From: Thecamonas trahens ATCC 50062
Lineage: Eukaryota > Protista > Apusomonadida
DNA length: 64,000 nucleotides
Assembly (NCBI RefSeq): GCF_000142905.1
Contig: NW_013657668.1
Span: forward strand, 296,492-360,491
Reading direction: 5' to 3'
Below, piece after piece: positions 1-12,200 of this stretch. The translations under genes and the position numbers were made by a program. How positions within the stretch are numbered: the stretch's first letter is position 1; each line of letters opens with the position of its first letter. Below the pieces are notes generated by a model. The model was not told the DNA's origin, made no database searches, and saw only the letters and a list, made by a program, of their open reading frames with translations.

Positions 1-1119
1 ACCTACCCAGGCCGCAACGGCCAACCGCCCAAGGAAGCATGTGCCGCCCTCGCTCTTGGCGTCTCAGCTGGCGAGTGCTTCGGCTTCCTTGGACCAAACG
101 GCGCCGGCAAGTCCACCACCATCTCGATGATTTCTGGCCTGTTTGGCCCGACCTCGGGCACTGCCCATGTCTGCGGCTATGACATCAACACAGACATCGA
201 CCTCGTCCACCTCAACATGGGTGTGTGTCCCCAGGAGGACTTGCTGTGGGACGATCTCACCGGCCCGGAGCACCTGCGCTTCTACGGCCGCCTCAAGAAC
301 CTCTCGGGCACGGAACTGACCGCCGCTGTCGACCAAGTTCTCGAAGCCGTTGCCCTCAACGACAAGACTACCCGTGCCAAGGTCTCATCTGAATACTCGG
401 GCGGCATGAAGCGCCGTCTTTCGGTCGCCTGTGCTCTCATCGGCTCACCGCGCATCCTCCTCCTCGACGAGCCGTCAACGGGCCTCGACCCGGCATCGCG
501 CCAGAAGTTGTGGGATGTCATCCTGCAGTACAAGTCCAAGTGCGCCATGCTCCTCACCACTCACTCGATGCACGAAGCAGACGCTCTCTGCGATCGCATC
601 GGCATCTTTGTCAACGGTGAGATGAAGACCATCGGCTCGGCGCCACAGCTCAAGTTCCGCTACGGCAAAGGCTACAAGCTCTCAGTCATCTCCTCGTCCG
701 ACACCGTCGACGACGTCATTGCCTACGTCGAGAGCCACATTCCGTCGGCCACAGTCCTCAATACCCTCTCCGGCACCACAAACTTTGAAGTCTCCAAGGA
801 CGCCGTCGCCCTTCATCGCATCTTTGCCGCCTTTGATGCGGCCCCCGACTCGCTTGCTATTCACGAGACCGGCGTGGCCAACTCGTCGCTGGAGGAAGTT
901 TTCCTCAAGATCACTGACAAGTACGTCTACGGCAAGGCCGACATGGACTTGCCTGGCCACGATGTGCCCATGGACGCTATGTCATACCCGACTGCCTCCT
1001 CGTCGTCGTCAGACTCGACTGACTCGTCAGACTCGCCGTCGGCTTCCGATTCGCCGGTCCCTGGTCCGGCGAACTCGGCGTCGTCAGACTCGTCAGACTC
1101 GTCGTACTCGGCGTCATAA
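1..1119 (+). CDS. ABC transporter subfamily A, C-terminal nucleotide-binding domain (5' partial)
   Basis: Frame open from base 1. Walker A GFLGPNGAGKST lies upstream of the listed ORF. Also GVCPQ Q-loop, YSGGMKRRLS signature, LLLDEPSTGLDP Walker B, LTTHSM H-loop and the ABCA-type SLEEVFL end. Confidence 0.93.
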   Translation, partial: TYPGRNGQPPKEACAALALGVSAGECFGFLGPNGAGKSTTISMISGLFGPTSGTAHVCGYDINTDIDLVHLNMGVCPQEDLLWDDLTGPEHLRFYGRLKNLSGTELTAAVDQVLEAVALNDKTTRAKVSSEYSGGMKRRLSVACALIGSPRILLLDEPSTGLDPASRQKLWDVILQYKSKCAMLLTTHSMHEADALCDRIGIFVNGEMKTIGSAPQLKFRYGKGYKLSVISSSDTVDDVIAYVESHIPSATVLNTLSGTTNFEVSKDAVALHRIFAAFDAAPDSLAIHETGVANSSLEEVFLKITDKYVYGKADMDLPGHDVPMDAMSYPTASSSSSDSTDSSDSPSASDSPVPGPANSASSDSSDSSYSAS

Positions 1120-1816
1120 CATGCCGCTCCGCCCCATACACAATCTCCCTGCCCGCCTCCCATCACGCCCTCCATGGGAGTCTACACCATCATCTTCATC
1201 ATCGTCGTCATCGCTCTCCCCCCTCCCATCGACGACCGCGCGTCCTACGGCGTCAGGCCTCCCCCAAAAGTCGTCGCAGAGCGCTCCTGATGACCATCAT
1301 GTACGTTCACACACGCAATACACTTGCCAAAGTGTTGAACACCACATATAACACACAATGCATTTATATGACCACCATAGCCTCTTCATACGAGTGTGCA
1401 TGGTCTACATCGAGGTAGTGTGTGTGGTCGGAGCATGAGGTGCAAGAAGGGGGGCTGATCAGCCAAGATCAACCAAATGCCAACTCATTCATGACGGCTT
1501 TTTCTTCACCTAGGACACATCGAGAAACTCTCACAACAACACATCATCATCAACCATCTCATTTGAGGTTTCATCACTGACTCCGTCGCCACCGCCACTT
1601 TCTTCACATGTGGTCATCGCTGGCACTCGCTCACGTCCTCTCCCACCACCGCCACCCCCGCTAGTGGTCGCCACACCGCAACGCAGACCGGCGCGCAACT
1701 CGCTCACCTCGCCCGGCTCTAGCTCGAGTACTCACTCGTCGACAGCAAGACTAGGAACAAAGCGCAAACGCAAGCAGCGTGGATCTCGTCGTGCCGATCA
1801 CAGGCCCCGCCACCGC

Positions 1817-2779
1817 ATGCCCCAGGTCCAAGTCTACTACCCAGCGCGCCGATCGCTGCTGCTGCGGCGGCGGCGGCGGCGGCAGAGCCGCAAGAAGCAG
1901 AAGCGTGAGGTCTCATCATCATCTTCGCCACCGACGTCGACCTCTTCATCCACATTCTCGTCGTCGCCTTCGTTTACGCCGACTTTTTCATCGCAAAGCT
2001 CGTTGTCGCACACCTCTGGTTGGTGCAGTGCGGTTGCGACGCCGCCGCGGACGCCGCGGACGGGGATCCTGGGACGGCAACGGATGAAACGGACTGAGCT
2101 GGAAGGGCTGGACCAGTGGCGCAACGTCCATCGCGATGTCGAGGCCCAGATTGCACTTGGTACGGCAGCACCCAAGAAGCCGGGCGCGGCGCCGTCGCAG
2201 GCGCCAGTCGGCGCCGAGGCTGCAGCCAAAGTGCGGAGCGCGGTCATCCGCATTGCTCCAAACGACAAGCGCGACACGCTCACGCTCATTCCGCAAACAC
2301 CAATCGGCCCCGGGAACCGGTCTTTCCCACTGGCGCGACCCCTGATCTTCACCGACGTAGTTGAACCCGGTGCACCGGTCGAGGTGGCGGCCGCTGCGGC
2401 AGCGACCGCGCTTGGCGTGTCGGATCAGCTTCCGACCTGCCGGATCGGCTCGCTCTCACGCCGAGATCGCCGCCGTGGACGCCCCAAGTACCGGCCGGGT
2501 GTGATTTTGACGGCAACGGACGAGCCGCCGACTGGCGCTCGTACCGGTACGACCCGGTGCCTCCGCGCCGATCGCGACCGCCGTGATGCTTTTGCCAAGC
2601 TCCATGCCGTACTCGATGCCAAAGACCGCGAGATCGCTCGTCGTCAGGCCGAGGCCCGCACTTCTTCTCGTGCATCGTCCCGCAAGCGGTGGCGCGGAGG
2701 GCACCGGCATCGCCCTCGCGTCCGTCAGCTTGCACCCGAGTCTACCGGTTGGGCGTGGTGGACAAGCGAGCTGCGGTGA
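1817..2779 (+). CDS. Hypothetical basic, low-complexity protein (start uncertain)
   Basis: Long ORF (1610-2779) with first in-frame ATG near 1817. Arg/Ser-rich with no recognisable domain. A GTGAGT donor-like site overlaps the stop, so the model is uncertain. Confidence 0.4.
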   Translation: MPQVQVYYPARRSLLLRRRRRRQSRKKQKREVSSSSSPPTSTSSSTFSSSPSFTPTFSSQSSLSHTSGWCSAVATPPRTPRTGILGRQRMKRTELEGLDQWRNVHRDVEAQIALGTAAPKKPGAAPSQAPVGAEAAAKVRSAVIRIAPNDKRDTLTLIPQTPIGPGNRSFPLARPLIFTDVVEPGAPVEVAAAAAATALGVSDQLPTCRIGSLSRRDRRRGRPKYRPGVILTATDEPPTGARTGTTRCLRADRDRRDAFAKLHAVLDAKDREIARRQAEARTSSRASSRKRWRGGHRHRPRVRQLAPESTGWAWWTSELR

Positions 2780-2896
2780 GTGTGAGAGATTGTGAGCGTC
2801 AAAAACGCCCCCCCCCCCCCCCCCCCAAACCCGCCACCCGCCGCCCGCGCCAACCGCCCGAGCCGCCTGCACACGCCTCCCGCCGTTTCCGTCGTC

Positions 2897-4879
2897 ATGG
2901 ACCGTCCACGGACGTATGTGCCGCGATTGGCGGTGAATCGTGCGGTGCATTACGACACAGGCAGGTCGTATGCAGACAGAGGTACGTATGGAGTGGGGAT
3001 AGGGGTGGTGATGGTGGTGGTGTGTGTGTGTGTGTGTGGGGGGGGGGGGCGAGGGTGTGTGTGTGCGGCGGCGATGGTTGCACTCATTGACGGACCGAGT
3101 GTGTAAGCAGTGCTGAGCAAGGTGAGCAAGACAACGTCGCTCAAGCTGGCGCAAGCAGCCGAGAAGGAGGGCGGGGCAAGCGGACGGCGAGTGGCGGTGG
3201 GCCCGTGGACCTTGAGGGCGCAGACAGAGACCCAGGTACGGGGCGTCCGTGAGGGCCGCTCGCGTGGCAGGGTGTGGGCTGGCAAACGGCCACGGTTCGA
3301 CCCGACGCCGTCGCTGAGGCGGACAGTCGATGGAAAGAGTGGGCCTGGAACGCGGTGGGATGGTGGGCGGGGCGGGAGGGCCGGTCGTAGGCGGGGCGGA
3401 CAGAGATGGAACGCCAGCACGTTTGCGCAGCAGTGGGATGCGGCCGGCGAGCGCGGACGGGTGGGCATGGCCCGGACGTTTGTGGCCCGCTACGAGGGCG
3501 TGACGAATCCGCTGCTGGAGGTGGACTTTAGCAATGGAGCATCGTTGGTGCTGACCCGATTCTCGGCGTGGCTTCGGCTGACAGTGTTGTTTGCGTCGAA
3601 TCTGGAGCTCAAGCTGCGCGCGCTAGGTGTCTTTCTCCGCGCCACCGACGGGCAGCGGTTCCTGACCGAATTTCTGGAGGTCGGCGGCCTCATGACGGTA
3701 CTGCAGATCTTGAGTCTAGACGGCGCGTCGGATGATGACGTGCGAGCAGCACTGGAGATCCTGAGTGCGGTGGCGCGTGTGGGGCGGGCGTTCAAGGAGC
3801 TCATTTCCGAGGGCTCGGGTGAGGATGGCGGAATCAAAGCAGTGGCCCTCTGTCTGGCCAACACGTCATCGGTGGAGACGCAGGACGCTGCAGTGGGGCT
3901 GCTACAAGCGCTGGGCGAGGGCAACCCCAAGTACCTTGACTCTGTGCGGCTGGCGTTTCTCCTCTTGCTCCCGTTGGGCAATGCGCGGGTACAGCAGATG
4001 GCAGCGCAGTCGCTGCAGATGCTGCTGACCTCGCGGCCGCCGCCGTCCGAAGTGTACATCAAGCCTGCACTGCTGATGCTGCGGTCGACAAACCTGAAGG
4101 TCCAGTACGAGGCGGTGCAGCTCTTCAAGATCTACGCACGGTTTGAGGCTCTGCAGGAGCAGATGCTGAGTGAGCTTGTGAGTTTGCTCTCTCCGTCTCG
4201 CGACATCATGGATGTGGTGCTCGCGTCTTCCAAGGCTGGAGCGCTGTCGCGGGCGTCGCTCGCGCGCAACTCGTTCCTCACAAGGGATCCAACGTCGAGT
4301 GGCATCATTCCGGCAGCGTTTCCGCAGCAAGCGGCGGCAGCCAAGATCCTGGGCATCCTGGCGTCGACGCGGACCGAGCTCGGAGTGCTTGCCGTCAACG
4401 CTGGGGCGGTGAGTGGTTTGCTGCGGGCGGTGAGCAACACGCTGTACTTTCCGTCACAGCGGCAAGCGGCAGCAACGCTCGACCTGTACGCAGCCATGTT
4501 CCCCGAACTGGGCATGGGCCTCGTCGAGGCCATGGGCGACCGGCTGTTTGACACGCTGGTAGTCTCGCGGACGACGACAGCGCTCAAGGCGCTGAGTGCT
4601 GCCGATGCCGAGGACCTGGCCATGGCCGCCGCCAACATGGTGGTCTCGGTCACAGCAATCAAGGGAGGAGCTGAAGTGGTCGGCCGTAATGAGGATGATG
4701 GCGACGATAGCGCGAGCAAGACTCCCAAAGCGAGCCCACGGATCAGGTACCAGGTGAGGTTTGAGATGCGGGCTGGATCATGGACAAGGCACGAGCTGAC
4801 CAAGGCGGAAGGAAGCGACGAAAAGAGTAGGAGTGGCGGAAGCAGCGGACGGCCAGTCTGGTTGCCAAAGTCGAGCTGA
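2897..4879 (+). CDS. ARMH1: Armadillo-like helical domain-containing protein 1 (C1orf228-like)
   Basis: Motifs QQWDAAG, FSNGASLVLTR, EFLEVGGLMTVLQIL, GNPKY, VQYEA, QQAAAAKILG and SQRQA match ARMH1. Exon 1 is 2897-2981; intron 2982-3110 (GTACGT..CAG) restores frame; probable in-frame intron 3236-3403. Confidence 0.85.
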
Positions 4880-4940
4880 GGCGTGCCATGGTTTGTTATT
4901 CTTGTGAGAGTCGAGCGACGTGCCCATTGCAGTCAGCTCC

Positions 4941-6266
4941 TTACTTGCCGATGCGCTCGGGGGTAAACTCGTCCGAAGCCGCGGCGGAGATCTTCTCGCC
5001 GTACTCGTCGAGGCGGGCAGTCATGTTGAGGCACCACAGGTCGCGGACCTGGCGGGAGAGGTTGAGGTCGACCTCTGTGACGAGGAGGCCATCACGGGTG
5101 CGCGAGAGGCCCGGGGTACGCGAGGCGTTGGGCGCAGCGATGTAGGATGAGCCGTAAAAGTGACCAAAGTCCTTGTGGGCAGGCTTGCCGTTGCCAGACG
5201 AGAACTCGTTAGGGAAGGTCTCGGTGCCGACGCGGTTGATGGCGCCAACAAAGTAGTTGTTGGCGATGGCGGCGTTGCGGGCCTCGATGGCCCACATGGG
5301 CTCAGAGAGGGCGCCGACGGTGGCGGAGGGGTTGAAGACGATTTCCGCCCCGTTGAGGGCGAGGCCCTGCCAGTTGAGCGGAAAGTGGCGGCCGTAGCAA
5401 ATGTTGATGCCAATGCGGCCGTACTTGGTCTCAAAGACCTCGTGGCGAAGCGGCTTGGGCTCCATGTAGTAGGTCGACTCGTTAAAGTCGCCAACGCGCG
5501 GAATGTGGTTCTTGCGGTGGCGGCCGAGGACCTCGCCGCGATGGTCGATGACCACGGCGGTGTTCCAGATGGTCTCGAGATGGACCTCGTCGCGCTCGAG
5601 GATGGGCGAGACGATGACCATGTCGTACTTCTTGGCAAAGGCGGCAAGGAAACGAGTCGACGGGCCGGTCTTGACGTCCTCAGCAAACTCGCACCACGGG
5701 TGCTTCTCGCGGGTGCAGAAGGCAAACGGCATAGGCCAAGCCTCCTGGAGGCAGAGCACGTTGACGCCCATTTCGCCGGCGGCATCGATGATGGGTGCGA
5801 TCTTGGCAAAGATGGCATCGCGCTGGACCTCGATGGGCTCGGTCGTCTCGGCGGCAATGGTGTTCTGGATGAGGCCGATGCGAACAATGCGCGGCGGGCG
5901 GGTCGACTCGGGCTTGGCGTTGTACTGGTAAGCCTTGATCTCAAAGTCGTTGTCGGCCGACAGCTGCGCCGCAGCGTCCACCACCTCGATCTCGCCGCAC
6001 GGCGAGCCGTACAGGATGCGCTTGACCTCGGCCAGTTCCTCGGCTGGAATGTGGGCCTCGAGGATGTCGTCTGCGTGTGCAAAGGGAGGGGGGGGCGGGC
6101 GGTGAGTTGAGGAGGAGGAAGGAGGAGGTGAGAGAAAAAAGAGCGAAGAAAGAGAGCGTTGCTGTCCACAGGCGCCATGGGGAAAAAGGCGAGGAGAAGC
6201 GGGCTGAGGGGGGGGGGAGGGGGGGTGGAGATGGGACGTACCGACGTTATGGATTTCGGCAGCCAT
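4941..6266 (-). CDS. UPB1: Beta-ureidopropionase (beta-alanine synthase, nitrilase family)
   Basis: [32 protein letters not shown] and ICYGRH carry the Glu-Lys-Cys triad; also HFYGSSY. Exon 1 is 6266-6242, intron 6241-6071. Confidence 0.96.
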   Translation of the reverse strand: MAAEIHNVGTSHLHPPSPPPQPASPRLFPHGACGQQRSLSSLFFLSPPPSSSSTHRPPPPPFAHADDILEAHIPAEELAEVKRILYGSPCGEIEVVDAAAQLSADNDFEIKAYQYNAKPESTRPPRIVRIGLIQNTIAAETTEPIEVQRDAIFAKIAPIIDAAGEMGVNVLCLQEAWPMPFAFCTREKHPWCEFAEDVKTGPSTRFLAAFAKKYDMVIVSPILERDEVHLETIWNTAVVIDHRGEVLGRHRKNHIPRVGDFNESTYYMEPKPLRHEVFETKYGRIGINICYGRHFPLNWQGLALNGAEIVFNPSATVGALSEPMWAIEARNAAIANNYFVGAINRVGTETFPNEFSSGNGKPAHKDFGHFYGSSYIAAPNASRTPGLSRTRDGLLVTEVDLNLSRQVRDLWCLNMTARLDEYGEKISAAASDEFTPERIGK

Positions 6267-6566
6267 GGTGTGCAGGTTGCTTGGTGTCAGAGGAGAGGGG
6301 TGGTGGGCGGTGGGCGGCCGTGGGTGGGGTGGTAAGGGTGGTGGGTGGCCGTGGCTGGGAACGTGGCTGCGTCGGTTACTCACTCAACCGTTCTGGCCTG
6401 CTTGTTGGTTGCTCGGCTGGTCAGCGGCTTTTTTCTGCCGGTTGGCGAACAATGCGGTTGATCACGATCGCGGCAAGCGGCGAAAGCGGACCGTGGACCG
6501 GGGACGGTATGTGGTACTTTTAGGAAGACGTCCACACTGCTCGTGAGCCGGTGTGGCTGCCGAAGA

Positions 6567-7704
6567 ATGGCAGAGAAGCGTGAGCGACTGGAGATGTATC
6601 CGCATTCCGACGGGGGCTACTCGTACTCGTACCTCGGCTCGTACACGTACTCGTATTCGGAGGAGGAAGTACGTCGGGAGGTAAACGTGTGGCCGACAGG
6701 CGGGCGGGCGGGCGGGTAGGTGTGGGGGGGGGGGGGGGAGAGGGGACTTACTGGCGGGCGGCTGCATGGCAGAGTAGGTCATGGATCCTGTGAGGCGCAC
6801 TAAGGGCGCCGGCGGCGCTGGTGGCACTGGTGGTGCAGGTGGCACTGGCGGTACTGGCGGTACTGGCGGTGCTGGTGGTGCTGGCAGCGGCCGCAGCGGA
6901 CGGGCGGCGGCGCAGAGTCGGCAGACCGGAAGCGGGCAGAGCAGAGGGAGCAAGCCGACGAGTGGAGGTGAGGGCGAAGCTGGAAGTACAAGTGGTGGCG
7001 GAGGAGGAAGCGGCAATGCCGCCGGTGACGGCAGAGGCGATGACGACGCGACGCCGCATCCGCGTCTGACGCTCGGAATCATGGTCCTCTCTGTCCTGAT
7101 GATGGTTCTCGGCGCAGCAGGGGCAATTGTGGGTACAGCACTGGTGTACCGGTCGCCGGACATTGGGCAAGGCCTGACAAACGTGCCTCTGCCTGTGGCG
7201 GTCCTTGTCTTTGGGGTGATCATGTTCTTCCTCTCATTCCTCGGGACGTGGAGCAGCATGCACCACCGTAAGCGTGAGTTTGCGGTCTTTCTCCTCCTCA
7301 CGGCGCTCACCTTTGCAGCCGTGGTCTCTGTCACCATTACTGCCAAGTGGTACCAGGATCGGCTGCGGGACAAGCTGCAGGCCGGGTGGCACAAGTCGTC
7401 GGACGGGACCCGGTCCAACTTGCAGAACATCCACAACTGCTGCGGCTTCCTCACCAACCAGGACTACCCGGGCTCATCGTGCGGGCCGGCGCAGAACATC
7501 AATCCGGCCATCCCTCCCTGCGTCGAGTACATTGTCGACCGCGCCCGTGACAAGATGTCGCTCTTTATCATCACTGGTGTCGTCGTCTCGTCGTTTCTGG
7601 GCGTCGTCCTCGGCACCGCCATCCCCTTCTTCAACATCCTCAACTCTTCCAAGGTGTACAAGCCGAGCGCGGGCGCTGCTGCCCAGGCCCAGGCCCGGGG
7701 GTAA
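6567..7704 (+). CDS. Tetraspanin family protein
   Basis: Four hydrophobic helices; large loop with CCGF motif plus further Cys (SSC, PPC). Exon 1 is 6567-6668, intron 6669-6777 (GTACGT..TAG). Confidence 0.85.
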
Positions 7705-7799
7705 GCGCCAGGCCGCTGACCATAAAGTACCCACATCGAGGTCGGCGCACGACGACCCAGGCCGAGACCCAGGCCCAGACGTAGCCCACACTTTTCTCC

Positions 7800-8753
7800 A
7801 TGCCACGCGCCAAGGCTGCTGCACCAGCTCGTCAGGGCTCGGACAAGGCCCGCGATGGCGCTGTCCAGGCAACCAAGGTCGTAGTGTATCGTGCTGGTGC
7901 GGCGCCGGCTGCCGCGGCGGGCGCTGCCGCTGCTCCCAAGGGCACCGACCTCATGGATGCTGTCCGCCGCCGCAGGGCCCGGGCGGCAGGAACAGGCGTG
8001 GCACCACCTGTTGCAGGCAATGCTCCGCCAACAGCCTCTGGGCGTCGTCGTAGGCGCCGCCGCAAGCGCCGTGGCGAGCAGCCTGCTGCGACTCGGCCCA
8101 GCCCTGTGGCCGCGCCGACGGCGTCGGCCCCGCCGCCGCCGCCGACGGCGACGACGGCGGCTGCGGGCCAGGTGGAGATCCGCCAGCTTGGCGGCGCGTC
8201 GTCATCGTCGTCGTCATCGTCATCGTCGGGTGTGGCAGCCCGGCGGAGGGCGGCCTTTGCTGCGGCGCAGCAGAGCGCAACAGAGCGGGCGGCGGCGGCG
8301 GCGACTGTGGCGCCGCGCCGCAGCGACTCGTATTCGTACGGCTCATACGGCTCGTATGGTGGGTACTCGAGCGATAGTAGCTCGGGCTCGGGGTATGACT
8401 CGTCCGCTTCGTCGTCGTCAGGCGGTGGCGCTGCGCTGGCGGTCAAGCCGGTATTCATCCCACGATCTGTGCGTGGAAATGGGCCTGCGAGCGAGAAGGC
8501 CAAGGCCAAGGCCAAGACGGCAGATGCCATGCTGACTGCTTCTGCCAAGCGCGATAGTGAGCGGCGCGCCGAGTCGCGCCGCATGGTTGAGGCCACAGTC
8601 AAGGCCGAGCTTGCTGCCGCCGCTGAGGCCGAGCAGGACTCGGACTTTGAGACCGAGTCGGACACTGCGTCCGATGATGGTGCCGAGCGTGAGGCCTGGA
8701 GGCTTCGCGAGCTCGCCCGAATTGCTCGCTGGGTGCCCAAGGCTGTGTCGTAG
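7800..8753 (+). CDS. MFAP1: MFAP1/Spp381-like spliceosomal protein, C-terminally short
   Basis: VVYRAGAAP (cf. RYxxGKRP), KPVFIPRSVR, and an acidic stretch followed by EAWRLRELARIAR (cf. EAWKxRELxRIKR). Confidence 0.7.
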   Translation: MPRAKAAAPARQGSDKARDGAVQATKVVVYRAGAAPAAAAGAAAAPKGTDLMDAVRRRRARAAGTGVAPPVAGNAPPTASGRRRRRRRKRRGEQPAATRPSPVAAPTASAPPPPPTATTAAAGQVEIRQLGGASSSSSSSSSSGVAARRRAAFAAAQQSATERAAAAATVAPRRSDSYSYGSYGSYGGYSSDSSSGSGYDSSASSSSGGGAALAVKPVFIPRSVRGNGPASEKAKAKAKTADAMLTASAKRDSERRAESRRMVEATVKAELAAAAEAEQDSDFETESDTASDDGAEREAWRLRELARIARWVPKAVS

Positions 8754-8956
8754 CGGAGCCAGCCGTCAACCTCGACCACTGGCTCACGCCATCGACCTCG
8801 ACTGCTGGTTTCCGCCAGCGATGGCCGTCGCGTCCAGAGTCTGATAGAGATTATAGACAGATTGTCGTGGCGACCTTTGGTGGTACCAGTCCCGTTTGAT
8901 CGATGATTGCTTCCGACACAGAGGGCAATGAATCATGTACGGGCGGAGCAGGCAGT

Positions 8957-9002
8957 TGGTCGGTCGGTCGGTCGGTCGGTCGGTCGGTCGGTCGGTCGGT
9001 CG
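8957..9002. repeat. (GGTC)n microsatellite
   Basis: About 11 tandem GGTC units upstream of NOT4; an (AG)n run follows at ~9110-9135. Confidence 0.9.
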
Positions 9003-9202
9003 AGTGACGAGCGACGGACGGGAGGGTTGATGGGTGGGCGGGTGAGGGACGGAGGCTACCGTCGGGTAGAGGCAAGCACAGCTCTCTACACGGAACCACC
9101 TCGCTCGTGAGAGAGGAGAGAGAGAGAGAGAGAGCGAGCGAGCGAGCGGTGAGCAGGAGGCGCGGCGCAGCAGGAGCTCGTTTTCCCCCATCCCCCGAGA
9201 CC

Positions 9203-12200
9203 ATGTCGGACGATGATGAGCCGGAATGCCCGCTGTGCATGGAGCAGCTCGACGTGACGGATAGAAATTTCCGGCCATGCCCTTGTGGCTACCAGGTACG
9301 TATAGCGGAAGGCTGACGTGGTGGGATGGAAGGTGTGGTGGGTGAACTTTGGCATAGCCTGCTGTTGTGGTGGTGAGCGTGCCTAGGGAGGCGATGCGAG
9401 CGTGTGGGGGAGGGTGGCGGGCGGTGAGGTGAGCACTGCCGTCGGCCAAAAAATCATCCCTCGCCTCGCAAGGGCGCGGGAGGCGGGGGCGGAGGAGAGG
9501 GAGTAGAGGCGTGGCGCGGGGGCCGCGGACCTGCAAGGTGCAAGCAGAGGTCATGTGTGAGGACGGAGCAGGAGGGGAGGCTCGTGGAAGGCGGGGGTGG
9601 CGCAGGCGGAGGGCGGAGGGCGCTGAAGTGGGGCCGAGTGTTCCCAACCAGCTGGCGCGACTAACAGCAAGTGTGGGCGGTGGTCATTGGTGGCGCGCAG
9701 ATCTGTCGGTTCTGCTTCAACCACATCAAGGACAACATGAGTGGGCAGTGTCCGGCATGCCGACAGGTGTACGACGAGAAGAACTACAAGTTCACGCCGC
9801 CGGACCCGTCCGAGATCAAGAAGGCGAGCAAGAAGAAGGGCAGCAAGCGGGTGCGCAAGAGCGACAGCGGCGGCTCGCGCAAGCATCTGCAGAACGTGCG
9901 GGTCATCCAGCGGAACCTGGTGTACGCCATTGGCCTCTCGCTCTCTGTGGCGCGTGAGGAGACGCTCAAGCGGCACGACTTCTTTGGGCAGTTTGGGCGG
10001 ATCCACAAGGTTGTGGTCAACCGGCACAACTTGTACAACGCCAACGCGGCGCAGGGCCCGACAGTCTCTGCTTACATCACGTACACGCAGCCTGACGAGG
10101 CGATGCGGGCGATTGCGGCAACAGACGGCTCGCTGGTCGACGGCCGGCCGATCCGGGCCTCGTTTGGAACTACCAAGTATTGTTCGTACTTTCTGCGTTC
10201 GGTCCAGTGCAACAACCCGGACTGCATGTATCTGCATGAGCTCGGCGATGAGCGCGACTCGTTTTCCAAGGAGGATCTGGAGAAGTCGTCGGAGCACAAC
10301 CTCCACGACTCGACACAGGCCATTGTCAATCTGGCCAAGCAAAAGTACCCGTACCAGCTGGAAAAGCTGCCGGGCACGCTCCCCAAGGACGCTGGCGGGA
10401 GCCGGCGGTCGAGCAAGCAGCCGTTGGTGGCCGGCTCGTCGTCGTCGGCAGGTGCCGGATCGCGCGACCGCTCTGGCCGCGGGCGCGACCGCGGACGCGA
10501 CCGGACCAACAGCGACCGTGACGGGCCCGACGGACGCGATGGGCGCGACGGCCGACGTGGCGGTGGGCGCGACCGCGGGCTGACGCGCCTTAATGACCGC
10601 GGCGGACGCGATCGTGGCGGCGACCGGGACCGCGGCGGACGCGACCGCGGCGGCGATCGTGGCGGCGATCGTGGCCGGCGTGACCGGGACCGCGGCGGCG
10701 ACCGCGGCGATCGTGGCGGCGACCGCGCCCGGCGCGACCGTGACCGTGGCGGCGACCGTGGCGGAGCAAGACGCGGCGGAGTGCACGGCTCGGCGTCAGA
10801 GGATGAGGCTCCGGACTCGGGCTCCGGCTCGGTTTGGGGCGTCCCGGGCGGTGGCGGTGGCGGCGGGCAGACCCGGCTCGGGCGCGGTGCAGTCCGTGCC
10901 TCGGTCGTGACTGCGGACGACACCGACTGGCCCGAGCCGGCGCTGGCGGCGTCGGTGAGCGGAACCAAGTCTGGCGGCGCCGGCTCGGGCGGCCACGACT
11001 CTGCGTTGCCTGCGACGGCTCAGTGGGGCGCCAAGGTCGGGACCGGTGGAAGCGGAAGCGGGCCCAAGCCGCTAGTGGCCAACGCTGGCGGAGCTGGTGG
11101 CTCTGGCGGTTCAGGCCCTCATCCGGCGCACGGAGCGTCGGGCGACGACGGGCGGAGCTCTTGGGTCCAAGCCACGGCCGGGACTCGGGGCCACGAACGA
11201 GCTGGCGGCGCTGGCGGCAACGCTGGCCGTGAGAGTGGCGCGCCGGGCGGGCGTAAGCGCGGGCCGGAGCGGCAGGGCGGAGCGGGTGGCTCGTCCAAGG
11301 TTGTGGCACCGTCGACCGGCACCGGCTCGGCCGTTGTGCTTTCCAAGCGAGTCCGCGGGACCAAGCTCGGCCTCAACAAGGGTGGCGCAGGCGCGGCCGG
11401 GGCGATCGGCAAGCCGGGCTCGGCGCGCGAACACGGCGCAGACAGCAGCAACGACAGCAACAAGCAGTACTCGACGCTGTGGAACACGCCGAGTCCCAAC
11501 TCGGGCGTCCAGTCGATGCTGGGGCTCACCGGGCTCGAGTCTAGTGGGCCGCCGGGCCTGTTCTCGCTCTCGGGTCAACCGGCGCACGCCGCGCACTCTG
11601 GTCGCGGCAGCAAGCTCGCCCCCGGGATCGACGAAGACCTCGGGTTTGATCCCTGGGAGGAGTCGTCGCTGGGACTGGCGTCGATTCTGACGAGTGGCAG
11701 CGGCGAGAGCCCGAGCGGGTATGACGCAAACTCGGCGATGCAGGCGCAGGCGCAGGCACGCTTGCAGGCGCAGGCGCAGGCACAGGCGCAGGCACAGGCC
11801 CGGGCGCAGGCACAGGCGCAGGCACAGGCCGCAGCGCAGGCGCAGGCGCATGCCCAGGCCGCAGCCCATGCACAGGCGCATGCTCAGGCACAGGCGCAGG
11901 CGCAGGTCCGGGCCAAGGCTGTCCATGCGCAGGCGCAGGCACAGGCGCAGGCGGCGCGTGCGCAGGCGCTGGCAATGGCGCAGGCGCAGGCACAGGCAAT
12001 GGCGCGTGCGCAGGCGCAGGCACAGGCGATGGCGCAGGCCAAGCTTCAGGCGATGGCGCAGGCGCAGGCGCAGGCAACCCAAGGCCGCGGTGGAGCGTCT
12101 CAATCGCGGTTTGGATTTGCTCGCAGCGATGTCGGCGAGGACAACTGGTCGGCGCCAGCGCCGCGGTCGCTGCTGCCGATGTCGTCGGGCCCAGCACCGA

